A stretch of 64,000 nucleotides of DNA from Podarcis melisellensis (Eukaryota). The position numbers and the translations under genes were made by a program. The stretch lies in the NCBI GenBank assembly GCA_964234715.1, contig OZ174279.1; one strand, given 5' to 3'. Shown piece by piece: positions 23,580 to 37,259 of this stretch. The stretch's first letter is position 1, and the number at the start of each line of letters is the position of its first letter. The notes under the pieces are model-generated. The model saw only the letters and a list, made by a program, of their open reading frames with translations. It had not been told where the DNA came from and made no database searches.

Positions 23580-25270
23580 GCCTAGACTAATCAAAAAAGT
23601 GTTTCAGTTTAAAGCATTGTAACTTTAAACAGGGAAAACATGTAGAGAAAAATGGGACTCCACATCACCATCTGGCACAATGTTATATTGCACATACGAC
23701 ACATATAAATAGCTGTTTCTTTACCAGTCTAGCGGAGTCCTTGTTCAGGTGCTTCCACCCCACACAATTAGAATAGCATGAAAGACAGGACAGAGCTTGT
23801 ATTGTTGACCCTACTGCTTCCATTGGGAGCTCCATCATCCTCCATGCATTGGAGGGATGACATCTGCAGCAGGAAACAGCTGTAGTTGTGGAGGCATAAA
23901 CGCAGTGGCTATGCACTAAATCCACTGTCAGAGACAGTGCTGCTATGCTCAGTGCCTTTTTTCTGGTTTCCCCATAGGTATCTAGCTGCCCACTATGAAA
24001 ACAGGATGCTGGACTAGATGGGCCATTTCTTATGTTCTTAGGAGACTCCCTGCGCAATCAGGGCTTAGAACAGCTGCAGAAGTTACCCTCCAATTTGTGG
24101 AGGGGCTGAGAAATGGGAAAGGAATGGAGGAGGTGGCACCAAAATTTTCCCCCTTCTCCCTTTTTTGATTCTAATTGCTTTTTTGCAGGGAGTTAATACA
24201 TGGGCACAGCTAGTGTTGCACCTATAACTCCTATGCTGAAGAATCCTTGGAAGCACAACAGTTAGAAATTCCACAGGGTGTTTTCTTTCTTAGCATGTAT
24301 TTGTGGAGAAAGCTTCACCTGTAGAATTTCTGCCTGCCATGCCACTGTTTGACTTTTATTTTTTCTTCAGTGAGTCTATACCCTAAAGATATCTTCATCA
24401 GGAGCTATGTTGGGTTTTTTAAAAAGGGAAAGATGCCAGTTCTACCTAAATCTCATACAGCTGCATGCCAATTCTACTTAGCCCAGATCTACAGTCTTCC
24501 CATGCAGTGATGTCAGAGAACTACATTTCATGGTCAGCAAAATTGCTGGGGAAACTTACAATTCAGTGGGGCCAAAACAGTTATATTTTTCAATGGTGCT
24601 TATGACCATATATTTAGGGACAGGGTGTTTGCATCGGGCTGAGCTCTCTGGTGCTGCGTGCCAAATTGCAGCTGCAGCCCAGCTCCCAATTTAGCCATAT
24701 TTTTGCTCCAAACACAGGAACAATTCTCTCTGTGTGCACTTTAGTCTATGCTCTGACCTTGCTGGAGGCTAAGTAATGTCACCAGCTGCATGTGTAATGT
24801 GGCCACTGGTGATGAAAAGTGAACTGGCGTAATTTGCCTAGGGATGCAACCCCTTTTAACATATCTAACATTCTTGCAGGTGTGGTGGCTTTTATTTGTG
24901 TGCTTTACTTTGTTTGTTTATTTGTCTGACTAATCAAGCCAAGTCCTCCGTACTCATCTTCCGATTCACCAGTCTCAAAATATTGAGGATTCGGCCTCTA
25001 GATTGTTTCCAGTCGTTAGATGTAACTGATCCCAATGAAGAGAAAGCGGGATAGCTGTGTGCAAAAAAAAAATATAAAAAAATTTAACAGCTGGGTTAGA
25101 GGTTTTTTCCCTCCCTCCAGATGATGGGAATGTAGCTGTATCCACACTTTCCTGAAGGTTTGCGGGTGGAGAAAGGAAAATAAACCCTTGAACCAATCAG
25201 AAATGTCAGAAATGTTCTAATATCTCTTGTTCGAAGAATGAGGACAAAAGTGGGCATGCAAAGGAATGAT

Positions 25271-25700
25271 CAGTTCTGGATTTATCGGTACATATAAGCT
25301 AAACAAGCTATAGCTTCGCCCCCCCCCCCAAAAAAAAAATTAAAGGAAAAAAACCTGGATGTACATTTCCAAAATATAAGATAAAAAACAAATAAAACCT
25401 GCATACAGCAACAGTGTTTTGTGTTGTGTAGGTTCCTATGATGTAAGTAATGGGCCCCGCCTGCTCTCTCAAATATCACTGGTTTGCTCATTTCTATATA
25501 TAGGGTGCCTACATTCTGCATGGACTGGTTGCATGGCAACATGTGCAAATGGCTTTAGATACCTATTAGGTCCATAAATTACCATATATTCAACACAAAA
25601 AAACAGGGACAAATTGTTGTTGACAAAGGACAGCTGGACATATAAAGGGCCCCATTACCTTCAGTAGCTTAGGACCTCATCAAACCTAAATCCAGCTCTG
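25271..25700. mobile_element. 430-bp non-autonomous hAT element
   Basis: TIR cagttctggattta / taaatccagctctg (12/14); TSD ggaatgat / gggatgat (7/8). Confidence 0.85.
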
Positions 25701-28279
25701 GGGATGATTATGAAATGACAAATTTTTCCTTCTTTAAATGAATATCCTTCACTGACATTATCAATATATAATTCAGACTTATATTCTCGTAATCATATCA
25801 TTTTAGTTAACAGGGTATTTTCACTGCTGGGACAGAGAAAGATCTCTGCCATTTAAAGAGGAAGCTGTAGAATCTTTCATCTTTCCGTGAGTGATGTTCT
25901 TATCTTAATCACCTGGTCCATTCTATCCTATCTCGTAACAGAATCTTATGTACAGGACTATAGAGCAAAGGCTATTGTGAATAATTTGGCTAAAATGGGA
26001 AGATTATTACATGTTCAAAGGACAAATAGCACCAGGACAATTTTTTTGGCAGGAAATGTTCTGTATCAGGTATGCACAGCTACTTTTTCTTCAAAATAAA
26101 AGTGAGCAGTTAAAATATTATTTTCATTATTTTAAATGGGATGTTTATTCACTATAGTTTGGCCCTCAAGGGGGCACATGGATTTCAATACAATTCTTCT
26201 GCCCCAATAATTTGAAGTGTTCCCCAAGTCATTTCTTTCACCTCATTAACCTTTTTTTTTTTGCTTGTATCTCCCTATATTAGAAAATGATGGTTTATTG
26301 CATTTTTCCCCCAAAGAAAGATCAGAAAATGCAATGCACACATTGTACCCAAACCTGAAGGGTCTCTTCAATTAAGATCAAGCTTCATAAAATTAACAGT
26401 CATACAATATTCATACAGTAATCAAGGCCATCCAAAGATTTCTGTGTTGACTTGAGAAACAGAGGACTGAAGAAGTAAAGTTCATTGATGTAGGAAACAT
26501 CAACCATCTTTCATACTCCTCCTCCCCCAACTCATTTGCCTACTCTGCAACTTCATTCTTCTGTGCCTTTTGCACCGTGAATAGGAGGTTCTTCCCCACC
26601 ACCCTTTTCTTCCTTTCATGTAAACACATCTCCTAAAATTACAAAAGAATGGCTTTCTTTAAAGTGGAACCATTCCCGAGTTTGTAAATATGCTGTGGTT
26701 GAAAATGAGTTAAAAATACAGTCAAAGGGATTTGCTTTCCTCACTCCTTCCTGTGAATCGTGACCTTTGCTTTTTTCAACTTCCTCAATTTCGTTTCAGT
26801 AAATTGTCCTAGAATGGCACAACACCTGCTTTGGGTACTTGAGAAATTGACTTTTCCTGCAAATTACCCTGATCAGTGACCTTGTCTGGCTGCTAAAGGG
26901 GTTTGGAGGAGCAACGTAACTTTATGTGTGGCCATATTCATTCTGCTCCTTGATATTTAGCCCTTTGAAGTTTACTTACGGTATCTCTCTAATGTACAGT
27001 TTCAAGGGGGGAGGGAATGCCACAAAGCACTTGTCATCTAGGAGGGAAAGCTACTTAAAAATGGCAATGTGAAAACATATTGGAGACATCTCAAAATTCT
27101 TCTAATAATGACATTTGAGGGAGGGATTCTATCATATTTATGAATCGCTTAAACATTTCTTCCAATCCTTATTTACTAGAGGGACACAACCAAAAGCACA
27201 TTTTTAAGAGCTTCTGTTTGAAGTTATGATCTTACACATTTTGGGGTCATAGGTTATTTCTGGAACATTGTTAGGAAAATTATATAAGTTTCCTGTAATT
27301 TTGACTTCTTTTTTAAAAAAGAAGAAACTTGTATTTTAAAATATACATATTATAATGAGCAGATCTTCCTAGCTAACAGGTGTTAATCCTCAAGCACTGT
27401 CCCAAGGGCAAACTGTGTGAGTAAAGAGGCAATTCTCAGCATCCTGAAGATCCCGCAAATTGGCCCATGGAAAAGTTCTGAAGCTACTTGAAGGCCAGAT
27501 GGCATGAGAAGCTTGTCAAATATCAAAGGGGAACCTGTGTAAATGTAAACATATTTGCAGCATTGCACTTCATCCTGACAAGCTTTTAAGATCCAATGGC
27601 AGATTTTAGTCAAGAAAAGACAATCAGTTCAGAAACTACAAGGGCTTTGAGTTGGAGGAGAGATGTTTGAAATTTGATATGCATTTCGTATGCCTAATCC
27701 CAGTTTGATTTTATTTACATCTGTTCTGCCTAGTTTTCTTGAGCAGCAAACAGAAACTTTTGGAATTTGCCCAAAATTCTGGCTCATATTCTGCTGTTTC
27801 AGATGGAGAAGAATAACCAAAGACTGGCAGGTTATATTACCTATTTCTTTCATTTTTGCCTCTCTGTTTTCATTGTTGCAGTAGCATTCAGAAGGGCGAA
27901 CCTGCAGTCTGATCTTCAGACAATTATCTCAGACTGGGGCTTGATCTTGCTGGATCCCAAAGCTGCTGTGTAGAGTTCAAAAAATAACCCAACACCCAGC
28001 TTTCTGGGATTCACAGTTCCATGTGCCAACGCTCCAAAGAGAGGATTTCATCCATGCTGTTATGGCTACTGTCATTGCTGTGCTGGTCTTTGCCACGTCT
28101 CTCCATTAAGTATATAAGAACAACTCAACAGCTGCTTGCAGGGAGCCCTGTGCCACCTTCCTAACCTAGGAGACCATTTGATTAGCCCTAGGGATGGTGA
28201 TTTTAATTGCCAGAGAGCTCTTCTGTGGCAAGTGCTCAATGGTACTACCCTATCAGAGGAAGAGGCTTGCATGTAGCCC

Positions 28280-28388
28280 CAGTATGGGGAACCTTTGGCC
28301 TTCCAGATGTTGTTGAACTACAACTCCCATCACTCCTGGCCATTGGCTATGCTTGCTGTGGCTGATGGGAATTGTAGTTCAATAATGT
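28280..28388. mobile_element. Truncated palindromic hAT MITE
   Basis: gaactacaactcccatca ... tgatgggaattgtagttc arms. Confidence 0.7.
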
Positions 28389-29595
28389 CAGTATTCGAAA
28401 CACAATATTAGAAACAGTTTAAAACAACTTGAAATTACAGAAATAAGGTGGGTCCTAAAAATTAGGTGGCAGTAGTCAAGGCAAGCGATGGTCAAGGGTT
28501 TTAGCAGCAGATGCAGCTAGTAAAGGATGCATTTGGGGAATATCAATTTGCTATTGTTATCCTTTAAAAACTCAATACCGGCAAGAGATACCAAAAGGGG
28601 AATAAAGGATATTTCCCCACATCCCAGAGCTGTTGCAGGTGCGGCAAAAAATATCCTGGCATCGGTTATTGTTCTCTTAGTTGCTATTCATACGGTATTT
28701 ATCCTACTTCCGAAACGCCTACGTGCATTGGAGAAGTGGGTTGGTCTAATGCAGGCTCGTGTTGTTTTAAACCATGTATAATTTGATTGAAGCTCTAATG
28801 TGCTTGCTGTAAAAATTAGCACCCAACACCAGATTTTATTGTACATTCAATCAATTAAAACGCACATCACATCTTGAATCTGTTAACTTTCAGATAAGTG
28901 CCATTAGACCAAAAATATGCTTTAAGTAGTGTTTACACATTTATTTACAAAAGACAATTATTTAAACAAAGGAACATTCCCAGCTAATTGATATGAAGAT
29001 ATGAGAAAATGCAATTAATCATCATTAGCATATGCAGCTTTTTATTCATTTATGGTATGCAGCTGTGGGAATAACAGGCTGTGACACTACTTCGGGCTGT
29101 TGCTAGCAGAAGCTCCTACCCGTCTAAATTAGAAAACGCCAGCCCAGCAGACCAGGACTGGATGGTTTTAACTCTTTGCAATTCTCTGTCACCCCAACAT
29201 CCCTAGTTCAGTGCATGGCAAAATAGCTGCACCATTGGAGATAGCAGGGCTTTTCATAGGTTCAGGTTAGTTGGGATGAATGTGTGCAGGGGAGCAGGAC
29301 TGCAGCATCAGGCTCCATCACAAATCTGTGCTCAGCTATTTGAAGGTCAAAAGACAGCATAAGCATGTGGGGACCTTTCCACTAGACCAGGTGCAGGGAT
29401 GGGTGAATCGGTCCATTTTCCTTTCACTCTGTTCTTTATTACTCCAGTCTTAGGTTTAGTTCCCACCCTGTTCCCACGTTGGTTTGTGAATTTTTCTTTT
29501 AAAAAGTATGCACCAAAATTCAAATGCCTTTTGTGCCAATTTCTCCTAAGAGATGCATCTTTGCATGCCATTTCCCCCAATAATATTGTGCAGCT

Positions 29596-29955
29596 TCATG
29601 GTGCTGGAGGAGACTCTTGAGAGTCCCATGGACTGCAAGAAGATCAAACCTATCCATTCTGAAGGAAATCAGCCCTAAGTGCTCACTGGAAGGACAGATT
29701 CTGAAGCTGAGGCTTCAATACTTTGGCCACCTCATGAGAAGAGAAGACTCCCTGGAAAAGACCCTGATGTTGGGAAAGATGGAGGGCACAAGGAGAAGGG
29801 GACAACAGAAGGCGAGATGGTTGGATAGTGTTCTCAAAGCTACCAGCATGAGTTTGACCAAACTGCGGGAGGCAGTGGAAGACAGAAGTGCCTGGCGTGC
29901 TCTGGTCCATGGGGTCATGAAGAGTCGAACATGACTAAACGGCTAAACAACAACC
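29596..29955 (+). mobile_element. Bov-B (RTE clade) LINE 3' end, 5'-truncated
   Basis: Translation WCWRRLLRVPWTARRSN...LQYFGHLMRREDSLEKTLMLGK is the Bov-B C-terminus; (CAA)n tail; TSD gtgcagct (29588-29595, 29956-29963). Confidence 0.95.
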
Positions 29956-31476
29956 GTGCAGCTATTCTCAGGAACACATGCACTATAGTGCACAATTTTT
30001 GGTTGGAGAATTGCACCACAAGATTGAGAGAAGTGCAGGTTTTGAAAGAGAGCTTGGTTTGGGTTCAGGATGTGTGAATTAGGTAGATTTGCAGTACAAT
30101 GTGTCCTGAATGCATTTCTCCCCGATTCCTGCTGCTCCCTGTTTGTGTGGAGAAGTTCATAGGCACACAGGGAGTCTGACTGAAAATGGTTTCCCAGCCC
30201 AGGGCCAGGTGGATTCTTGGTTTGATCCCACATGGATCTTCTGATGTTCTTATCCGATCTGCTTTTACATTAAAGAAAAATGGGGGTAGCCTATAGGATA
30301 CATGGCAGTATGAGCTGCTGAATAATGCTGGTGGTGAGGCTGGAAGATCAGATTATATCCAAGAATCTATCATAAATCTTTGAAATAACACTTTCAGGCA
30401 TGACTGTGTAAACAGAGACATCTGCAATGCCCCATAGTCTTCAAAAGGCTGTTGTTTCATGAAATATAGTGCAGAAACTAGAAATACAAGCAAGTGCATC
30501 GTTGTGTATTTTAAGTCTCCCTTCTTTTCTTTTCGATTTAAATCCATACCCTGTTTCCTTCCTCCCACTCTGCTCTGCCCTTTAGTCTCTTGCTTCACAA
30601 CACACAAGATTGTCTTACAGTGCATCTCATTTCCATTGCACGCCTTAGCATGTGTTATTGCATACATGGTGTAATATAGACTGAACTGTAATTCACACTT
30701 TGTACACCTAAGGTAGAGACATTTCTAGCAGGGAAGAAATTCCTGGCTTGTGCAAGGGATCACCTTACGGAGGCTATTCAAATGATTAGCAAAATGCCCA
30801 TTAGCAAATTACATCAAATTACATTACTTGTTGTAATACGGGTGTCATGTAGCAATGCTTTCCTATGCTCCTTCCGTGAGCTCCTTTTATGCACATCTCA
30901 TGAAAATGGATGTTGATTCTGCGGGGACAGTTCTTGGCTGGTTGCACAGGTATTTAATCCTCAGCCCTTCCCAAGTAAATCTATTGAGTTCAATGGCCAC
31001 AGCTACCCTGGACCGAAGCATCCACAACATATGCTGGGTTCCCATTTTCACCCTAAGCACCAAGAAGTGTAAGTACATAATCCTGACACTGAGTTACATC
31101 TATGGGACAAGCATAGCAATGCCAGATTTAGGGTGCTTCCCACACACCAAACCGAGGGGGTGCAAATCAAGGCACCAGATTTTGGGCTCGCTGAGGGTGC
31201 CATCCTACCAAAGATTACCAAAGTCTGCCCCTGAGGATAGACTCTGCTAAGTTACTTTGCAGAGTAGTGGGATTAAGTACAGGCAACTCCCCTTTTCTGC
31301 GGGGGTTGCGTTCCAGGTCAAATGTCGGTGAAGTGCATATAAGCCTGCCCTGTTCCACCTCTGCCCTCCATCCCCCCCCCATTCCTCCACCACCATTCCT
31401 CCCTCTTCTGGGTCCAAGAGGATCCATACATCTCGGTTGTACGTCAATTGGAAAATGGTCGCCACCTGTAATGAAA

Positions 31477-31643
31477 CTTCCTCCGCCACAACAAACACTC
31501 TGTGAGGTGAGTGAGGATGAGAGACTTCAGGGAAGTGTGACTAGCCCAGGGTCACCCAGCAGCTGCATGTGGAGGAGCAGGGAAGCAAACCCGGTTCACC
31601 AGATTAGGAGTCTACCGCTCTTAACCACTACACCACACTGTCT
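31477..31643 (-). mobile_element. Squam3-like SINE, tail missing
   Basis: Closely similar to 20711-20878. Confidence 0.85.
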
Positions 31644-31664
31644 TGCTTCGGGGTTGCATAACTG

Positions 31665-31791
31665 CATACTCTCTGATGAAAATAGGGATGTCCTAGGGAA
31701 AGGTGGGACAATCTGGGATCACATCAGAAACTGGGACAGCTTCTGTAAATCCGGGACTATCCCTGGGAAATAGGGACACTTGGAGGGTCTG
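31665..31791. mobile_element. Short hAT-type MITE with gggac subterminal repeats
   Basis: Ends catactctc / ggagggtctg; repeated gggac/gggat motifs; a matching end also at 18690-18712. Confidence 0.6.
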
Positions 31792-34700
31792 CATTTGCAG
31801 TCTGGCACAGAGCCTCCCCTCCTTGGCCTAGCTTATCCAGCAATTGAATCCGTGCTGGACTCAGGAATTACAAGGAGTCTGGTACCCACAAACTCATAAC
31901 AGCCACTTCAAGTTGGTTTTAAAGGGCAGCAGTTGCATACCAAATCTTTATTCACAACCAGTAGTCTGAGTCCATCCATGATGTATTCCTGATTGGGTCT
32001 CTCTCCTCTGCCCCACCTATTCACCCCCAGTTAGCAATTGTGGAATTGTGCTTTGGAGAAAACAGCATATGTTGTCATCTGCAAAGTTCCCATTCAGCGG
32101 AGGTATAATTTTATTCAATATTATATGAAACACTACATTTGACACAGTGCATTTGACTGGGGACCAGATGAAAACTTCTCAGATTTCAGAGGAAGCTGGA
32201 AACACAGGCAGTTTTGTATCATTCATATTAACATCCAGAAAGCACTCATATCCATTACCTCCTGACATATGATTATCCTATTCTCCCTGAATGGAGCAAC
32301 ACATTCTGTAAACCGATGTGGTAGACTCCTTCCTGGAATGCACTACTTGGGACTTCAGGCTGGGAGGAATCATATTTTTCAATACCCACTCCTATGAAAA
32401 GTGCCTTGGATGAATAAGGCAAATACATCAGGGAGGGAATTAAACCAGAACATTTCTCTCCCCGATGTACTAGTTTACACGCATGGAGTTTTTACACAAG
32501 GAAGTATTCAAGAATGAGACTCCTCTGCCTATTTTCTGAAATGCTATGGCATGTGGGTGATCAGAAAAGGGAGGGACACTCCCAAACTATTAAATGAGCA
32601 TCTGCTCTCTACTACCATGCAGATATCTACCGTTGTGACTCCATCAATCACTCCTCAAATGCCTGGGGTGCCTATCAGCTCCCCCACCCACCGCTCCTTC
32701 CCCGCTACAATTCTTGGACTCTTGCCAAAGGTTTAGTCAGAGGGTCAATTCACACATGATGTGGCAAGTGTGCTCGCTGAACATACACTGGTGTTGTCAG
32801 TGATAAATCCCATAAAGAGTCAAGGTGAGATCCATGTCTCCACACTGTTGGGGGACATATGATGGTGGAGATGTGCCAGGGATCCATCAGCCACTAGCAG
32901 GAACCCGGCATGTGCCTACTATGTCTTTCCAACTGTCTGTAGGCATGCATCTCACCATTTTACTCTATGGCGATTAGTAAATTTAGAAAACATGCTTACC
33001 AAGGGCATTTTGGCACCTAGTTGTTTGGGCCCAGGGGTGCAATAGCTGAAGCCCAGTAACATGGCCAATATTTATCATATCATTTCTGAAGCATGAAAAC
33101 TGGAACCCATCACAAACCTAACTGCATGGTCTGTATTATCAACACACCAGATTTTTCTGAATCAGCTTGAGATATAATGTGAAGAAGAATGGCCACTTTT
33201 AGAAGAAACAGCAGCCTCTTCAAGTAGAAAAGACTTCCTCCCCCCCCCTTTCATTTGTTTTCCCAGTAGGAAAGCATTTTGCCTGTGGGATATTTCTCCC
33301 TGTGTGTGTCAAGGATCATAAAAATCTGGTTTCCCAGGACAGATTCATGCAGGAACATATCCTTGTGTCATAACATATTTCAGTCCCCTGGTTCCACAAC
33401 GATGTTTATTCCATGGGGCTAAAACTTTGTTGCATCCAACATGCAAATATTTGTAATGACAAGATCCTCGGTATCCCAGGGCAATTGAAGATCCAACATC
33501 TGTTTGTGTGTGTGTGTGTTGCTGAAATGCAGGTATTCCCCAGGCAAGACAGCCATGGTAACCAACTTCAAAACTTGTCATACATTTTGCTTCTATTAAG
33601 CTACAAGGTACATACAGATTGAGAAGTCTGCATGACACATTTCCTTCTCTCCCCCCCCCCCCGTAAAACATTGCCTTGTGAAATATTCCTCATTATCATT
33701 TTTAATGTGACACAGAAGACAGCTCTCCATTTAAGTTGCCCGTTAGACTGATTAATAACTTATTTTTATTTTGCATTTTCTGTGTTTTTTTACATTGCCT
33801 GTGAGGCAAATTTTAATCAGTGCTTTTCGACAAGAAGGAACACAATTCACCGAACACTGTTTGTGCCCCGAGATCAGAGGAATAAGTTGAGATTTATTAT
33901 ACCCAAGGACTGCAGCTTTTTAACAAAGTGCATAAAGAGGAACGTGTTCAATTAGGTTTTGTTTCTATCGGTGCTTTGTCTGCATTCTTACGTGTGTTGC
34001 TGAAGTTTTTAGTTTTGCCTATGAGAAGCATACGAAGTGGCAGGGCCACTACCACATCTATAGCCCTGCTGTGCATGGCAGCTGAGGAGAAAGGTGGGGG
34101 GAGGCAGATCGCTGTGCCAGCCTGGAGTTTGCTGTGTGATGGCTGGGATCCAATCCTGGGCTGACTCAGTACCAGTCCCTTCCTGCTCCCAGAAAGCAAC
34201 TTTGAGGGGGCTTTCTAGCGGCTGTCACTAGGATCCTGCCAGGGATCCTGCCAGCAGGGCTTTGGCCCTCTTGCAGAAGATGGGAAGGTAGAAGGTGACC
34301 ACAAGCAGGAGGTAACAGGGGCAAGCATGGATGGGCACAGGGACATCTCTGCACGACCCCAGTCTGGTGCAATGGTGTGTGTGTGGATTGTACAGCCAGT
34401 CACCTAACACAGGTCATTCCCTAGACGAGTTACAGTACAGTCAAGGTTAGAAACAAAACAAAAAGAATGGTTAAAGGCAGCCATCCAAATTTAACAGATC
34501 AGTACATTAAACGTAAAAGCAACACCAACCTCCACAGGGCAAAAATGAATTAGTTAATTAATTAGTTAATTAGCTAAAATGTTTGTTAATTAATCAGTCA
34601 AATTTTCATATGGATAAAACAGTGGCTTGAATCCTAACTAGCTTTCTGCAAATGGAAGGGCTCCTTCCATTCAGAGTGGAAAATGGGATGTATCAGAAAG

Positions 34701-35824
34701 GATAGCACTGGAGCGGGGCAGGGGGAGCATAATTTAATCCCCCCTCCCTGAATGCAGTACCCTATGCCGCCTCTCAGGAGGAAGGGAAGATCGGCAAAAA
34801 AGTGGTGTCCCCTCTTCCTCCAGTGAGAACAAAACTCCACTCATGGGCTGCTCCTACCAATGGAACCTCAGTTAGGATCTAATTCAGGGATAGCAAACGT
34901 CAGTCCTTGGGGCTAAATGTGGCCCTCCAGGCCTCTCAACCTGACATGAATCACCTCCTCCCTAGGCCATGCCACAAACTTGCCCTCCTCAAATACTTTT
35001 GCCTGATGACAATGTGTCCTTGAGCTGTGACAATTCCCATTTGCAAAGAAACACTCCTGCCTGTTACAGAAAAGTGAACTGTCTCTTCTTCTTTTAAGTG
35101 CTATTGTTTGAAATCATTGAAAATCTACCAGCTATCCAGATCCTTGGGAATATCTTCCTAATGGATCAAAAGTTTTCTTCAGCAATAAATTCAACAGATT
35201 CTTGGACAAAACACATCAGACCTAAATTTAGGGAAAGAAAAAGATCTGGGGAAATCTGATGAAATATTGAAGATGCAGGTGTTTGTAATATTGGTGTGCA
35301 CGCATGTGCGTGAGCACACATACACCTATTTACTAAGGGAAGCCGAAATGCCTTTTGCTGTCAGAAACCCCCTCTCACACGTGTGTCTTCCCATCTGATT
35401 CTTATGTGGATAGTATCTCTTATTGTTTGCTCTTTTGATGTACAATTGCTAGCTGGGGCACAATTCCACTGAAAGGCACTGCAAATCTTGCAGCAGTTTC
35501 ACTACAGGATCGTTTTCGCATTTGGGGTTTACCTCTGATTCTGCATTCTTTCAATATTGCCAAAGCTTGCTATGTTAGTTGCTTTTTCAGAGCTAAACCA
35601 AATAGCTTTTCCTTCTCCACCCCTCCCCCCTTTGCCTCTACCCCAACCTGCATGAAAAACATAATTTCCATTTCAAAACCATAATTGAATCTGAAGGTTC
35701 ATTTCTGGTGTTCTCAAAAGTGGCTCCTTGATTCCTAATTCAGACAATCCCATATTTTCTATCTGGGCTTAGATTTTTCATCAGTCTGGATATAGCACAA
35801 TTGGGCATCTTATAAATCAATGAT

Positions 35825-36028
35825 GCATTGGAGTTAAAAGGTCAGTTTTGCACTGGGGAGACCAAAGTTCCAACATTCATTTAACCATCAAGCCACCAAC
35901 CATGAAGCTCACTAGATAACATTGGGTGATTCACTATCTCTAAGCCAAACCTAGTTCACAATATTTATTGTTAGGATAAAATTGAGGACCACCACCTCAA
36001 GCTCTTGGAGGAATGGAGATATAGAAAC
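35825..36028 (+). mobile_element. Old CORE/MIR-like SINE
   Basis: ccatgaagctcact...cactatctctaagccaaaccta..tcaca...ttgttaggataaaa...ttggaggaa..g.gatatagaaa pattern. Confidence 0.55.
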
Positions 36029-36032
36029 ATAG

Positions 36033-36926
36033 TGTTGTGAGTTTGGGGGATTCCATTGTTGAAAGAGCCAGGCAGGTTTTGGGGTGAGTTAATAAGCCCT
36101 AAGTGTGGGTCATTAGCAGTGTTGTTGTTGTTTTAATGTATTTTTATTAAAGATTTTCTTGGTTTACAAAGCATGTGCTATCCAGTGGTGTAGCGTGCGG
36201 GGTGCAGGGGGCGCCGGCTGCACCAGGCGCAACATCTGGGGGTTAGGGTTAGGGGGCGCAAATCCACGGGTTAGGGGGCGCAAATTACTTGCCTTGCCCC
36301 AGGTGCTGACAACCCACGCTACGCCACTGGTGCTATCTCTCTCTCTTTTTCCAAATAACATTCTTTACAGATCAGTTTCATTTGTTGAAACATTGGGAAG
36401 AAAAGGGGGGAAAGAGGTGGAGGGGGGAAAGGTGTGTGGGGGTGGGGTCGGGGGTGATGTTTCTATTTTACTTAATATATGTGGGGTTTCGTGTCAGCGT
36501 TGCTTGTGCAGGTTTTTTAAGTGTTAGCCACACTTTTAACATGGGGGGGAGCACTGGTCATTGCTATAGGAAAGGAAGTTGCTTTATGCCAGAGGGCAAA
36601 TGTGTTGGCTCCCTCTCTCACCTGGCTGGTCGTGAGGACAATAGCCAGTGTAGTGTGTGAGAGAAATCTGGACAGGAAGCAGGCAGGAGCCTGAGAGGGA
36701 GAGACATCCTTGAATTGAAGGCTATAGCTTTAGGAGAAGCAGGACCTCCTTAGGGTATTAATGCTGGGAGCCCCTCCATTGCAGGTACAGGTTGTACGTA
36801 TATGGAAATAAACCATATATTGCTAAGACACCACAGACTCCGCTGTCTCTCATTCCGAGAAAAAATGGAAAAAAATGGAACCCTTGGAGCCTTGCCTTGC
36901 TTGGAGACTGGGGTGGCATGGGTACA
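36033..36926 (+). mobile_element. Possible solo LTR interrupted by a minus-strand LINE 3' UTR fragment (~36120-36520) and by telomeric MITE copy 2
   Basis: TG...CA ends and aataaa near 36808; inserted segment has tttttattaa (minus-strand polyA signal). No clean TSD. Confidence 0.35.
36183..36329 (+). mobile_element. Telomeric-motif hAT MITE, copy 2 (2 internal units)
   Basis: TIRs cagtggtgtagcgtgcg / cccacgctacgccactg; perfect TSD gtgctatc (36175-36182, 36330-36337). Confidence 0.95.
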
Positions 36927-36986
36927 AACCATAACTTGATTTGTCACTCTTCAAACTACTACAGGAATGCTTTACTATGTTGGAGA

Positions 36987-37259
36987 TGTTGTTGGCATCC
37001 GTTTGTATCAAGAGATAATGGGCGGTGCCTCTGAGGAGGAAGTGAAACCACTATGTTAACAGCACCAAAATGACCTTCCCAGGGTGCGAGCCCGGCCAGT
37101 GTGTCTGGAGATCCTGGACTGCCCAGACAACAAGACCCTCCTCTTGGACCTGGCTGATGAGGTCCAAAAGAAAGCAGAGTAATACGTTTGGCACCAGCTT
37201 GGCTGCAGGAGTTGCCAGAAGGAGGAGTACAAGACATTATCCAACCATCTTAGGGACTC
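36987..37259 (-). mobile_element. RTE-clade LINE (or derived SINE) 3' fragment, distinct from Bov-B
   Basis: Minus strand ends ccattatctcttgatacaaacggatgccaacaaca, an RTE1-like 3' terminus with CAA tail (recall). Confidence 0.6.

Noticed and set aside
31117-31857. Possible large composite hAT element enclosing the SINE and MITE
   Set aside because: Putative TIRs match poorly and there is no TSD.
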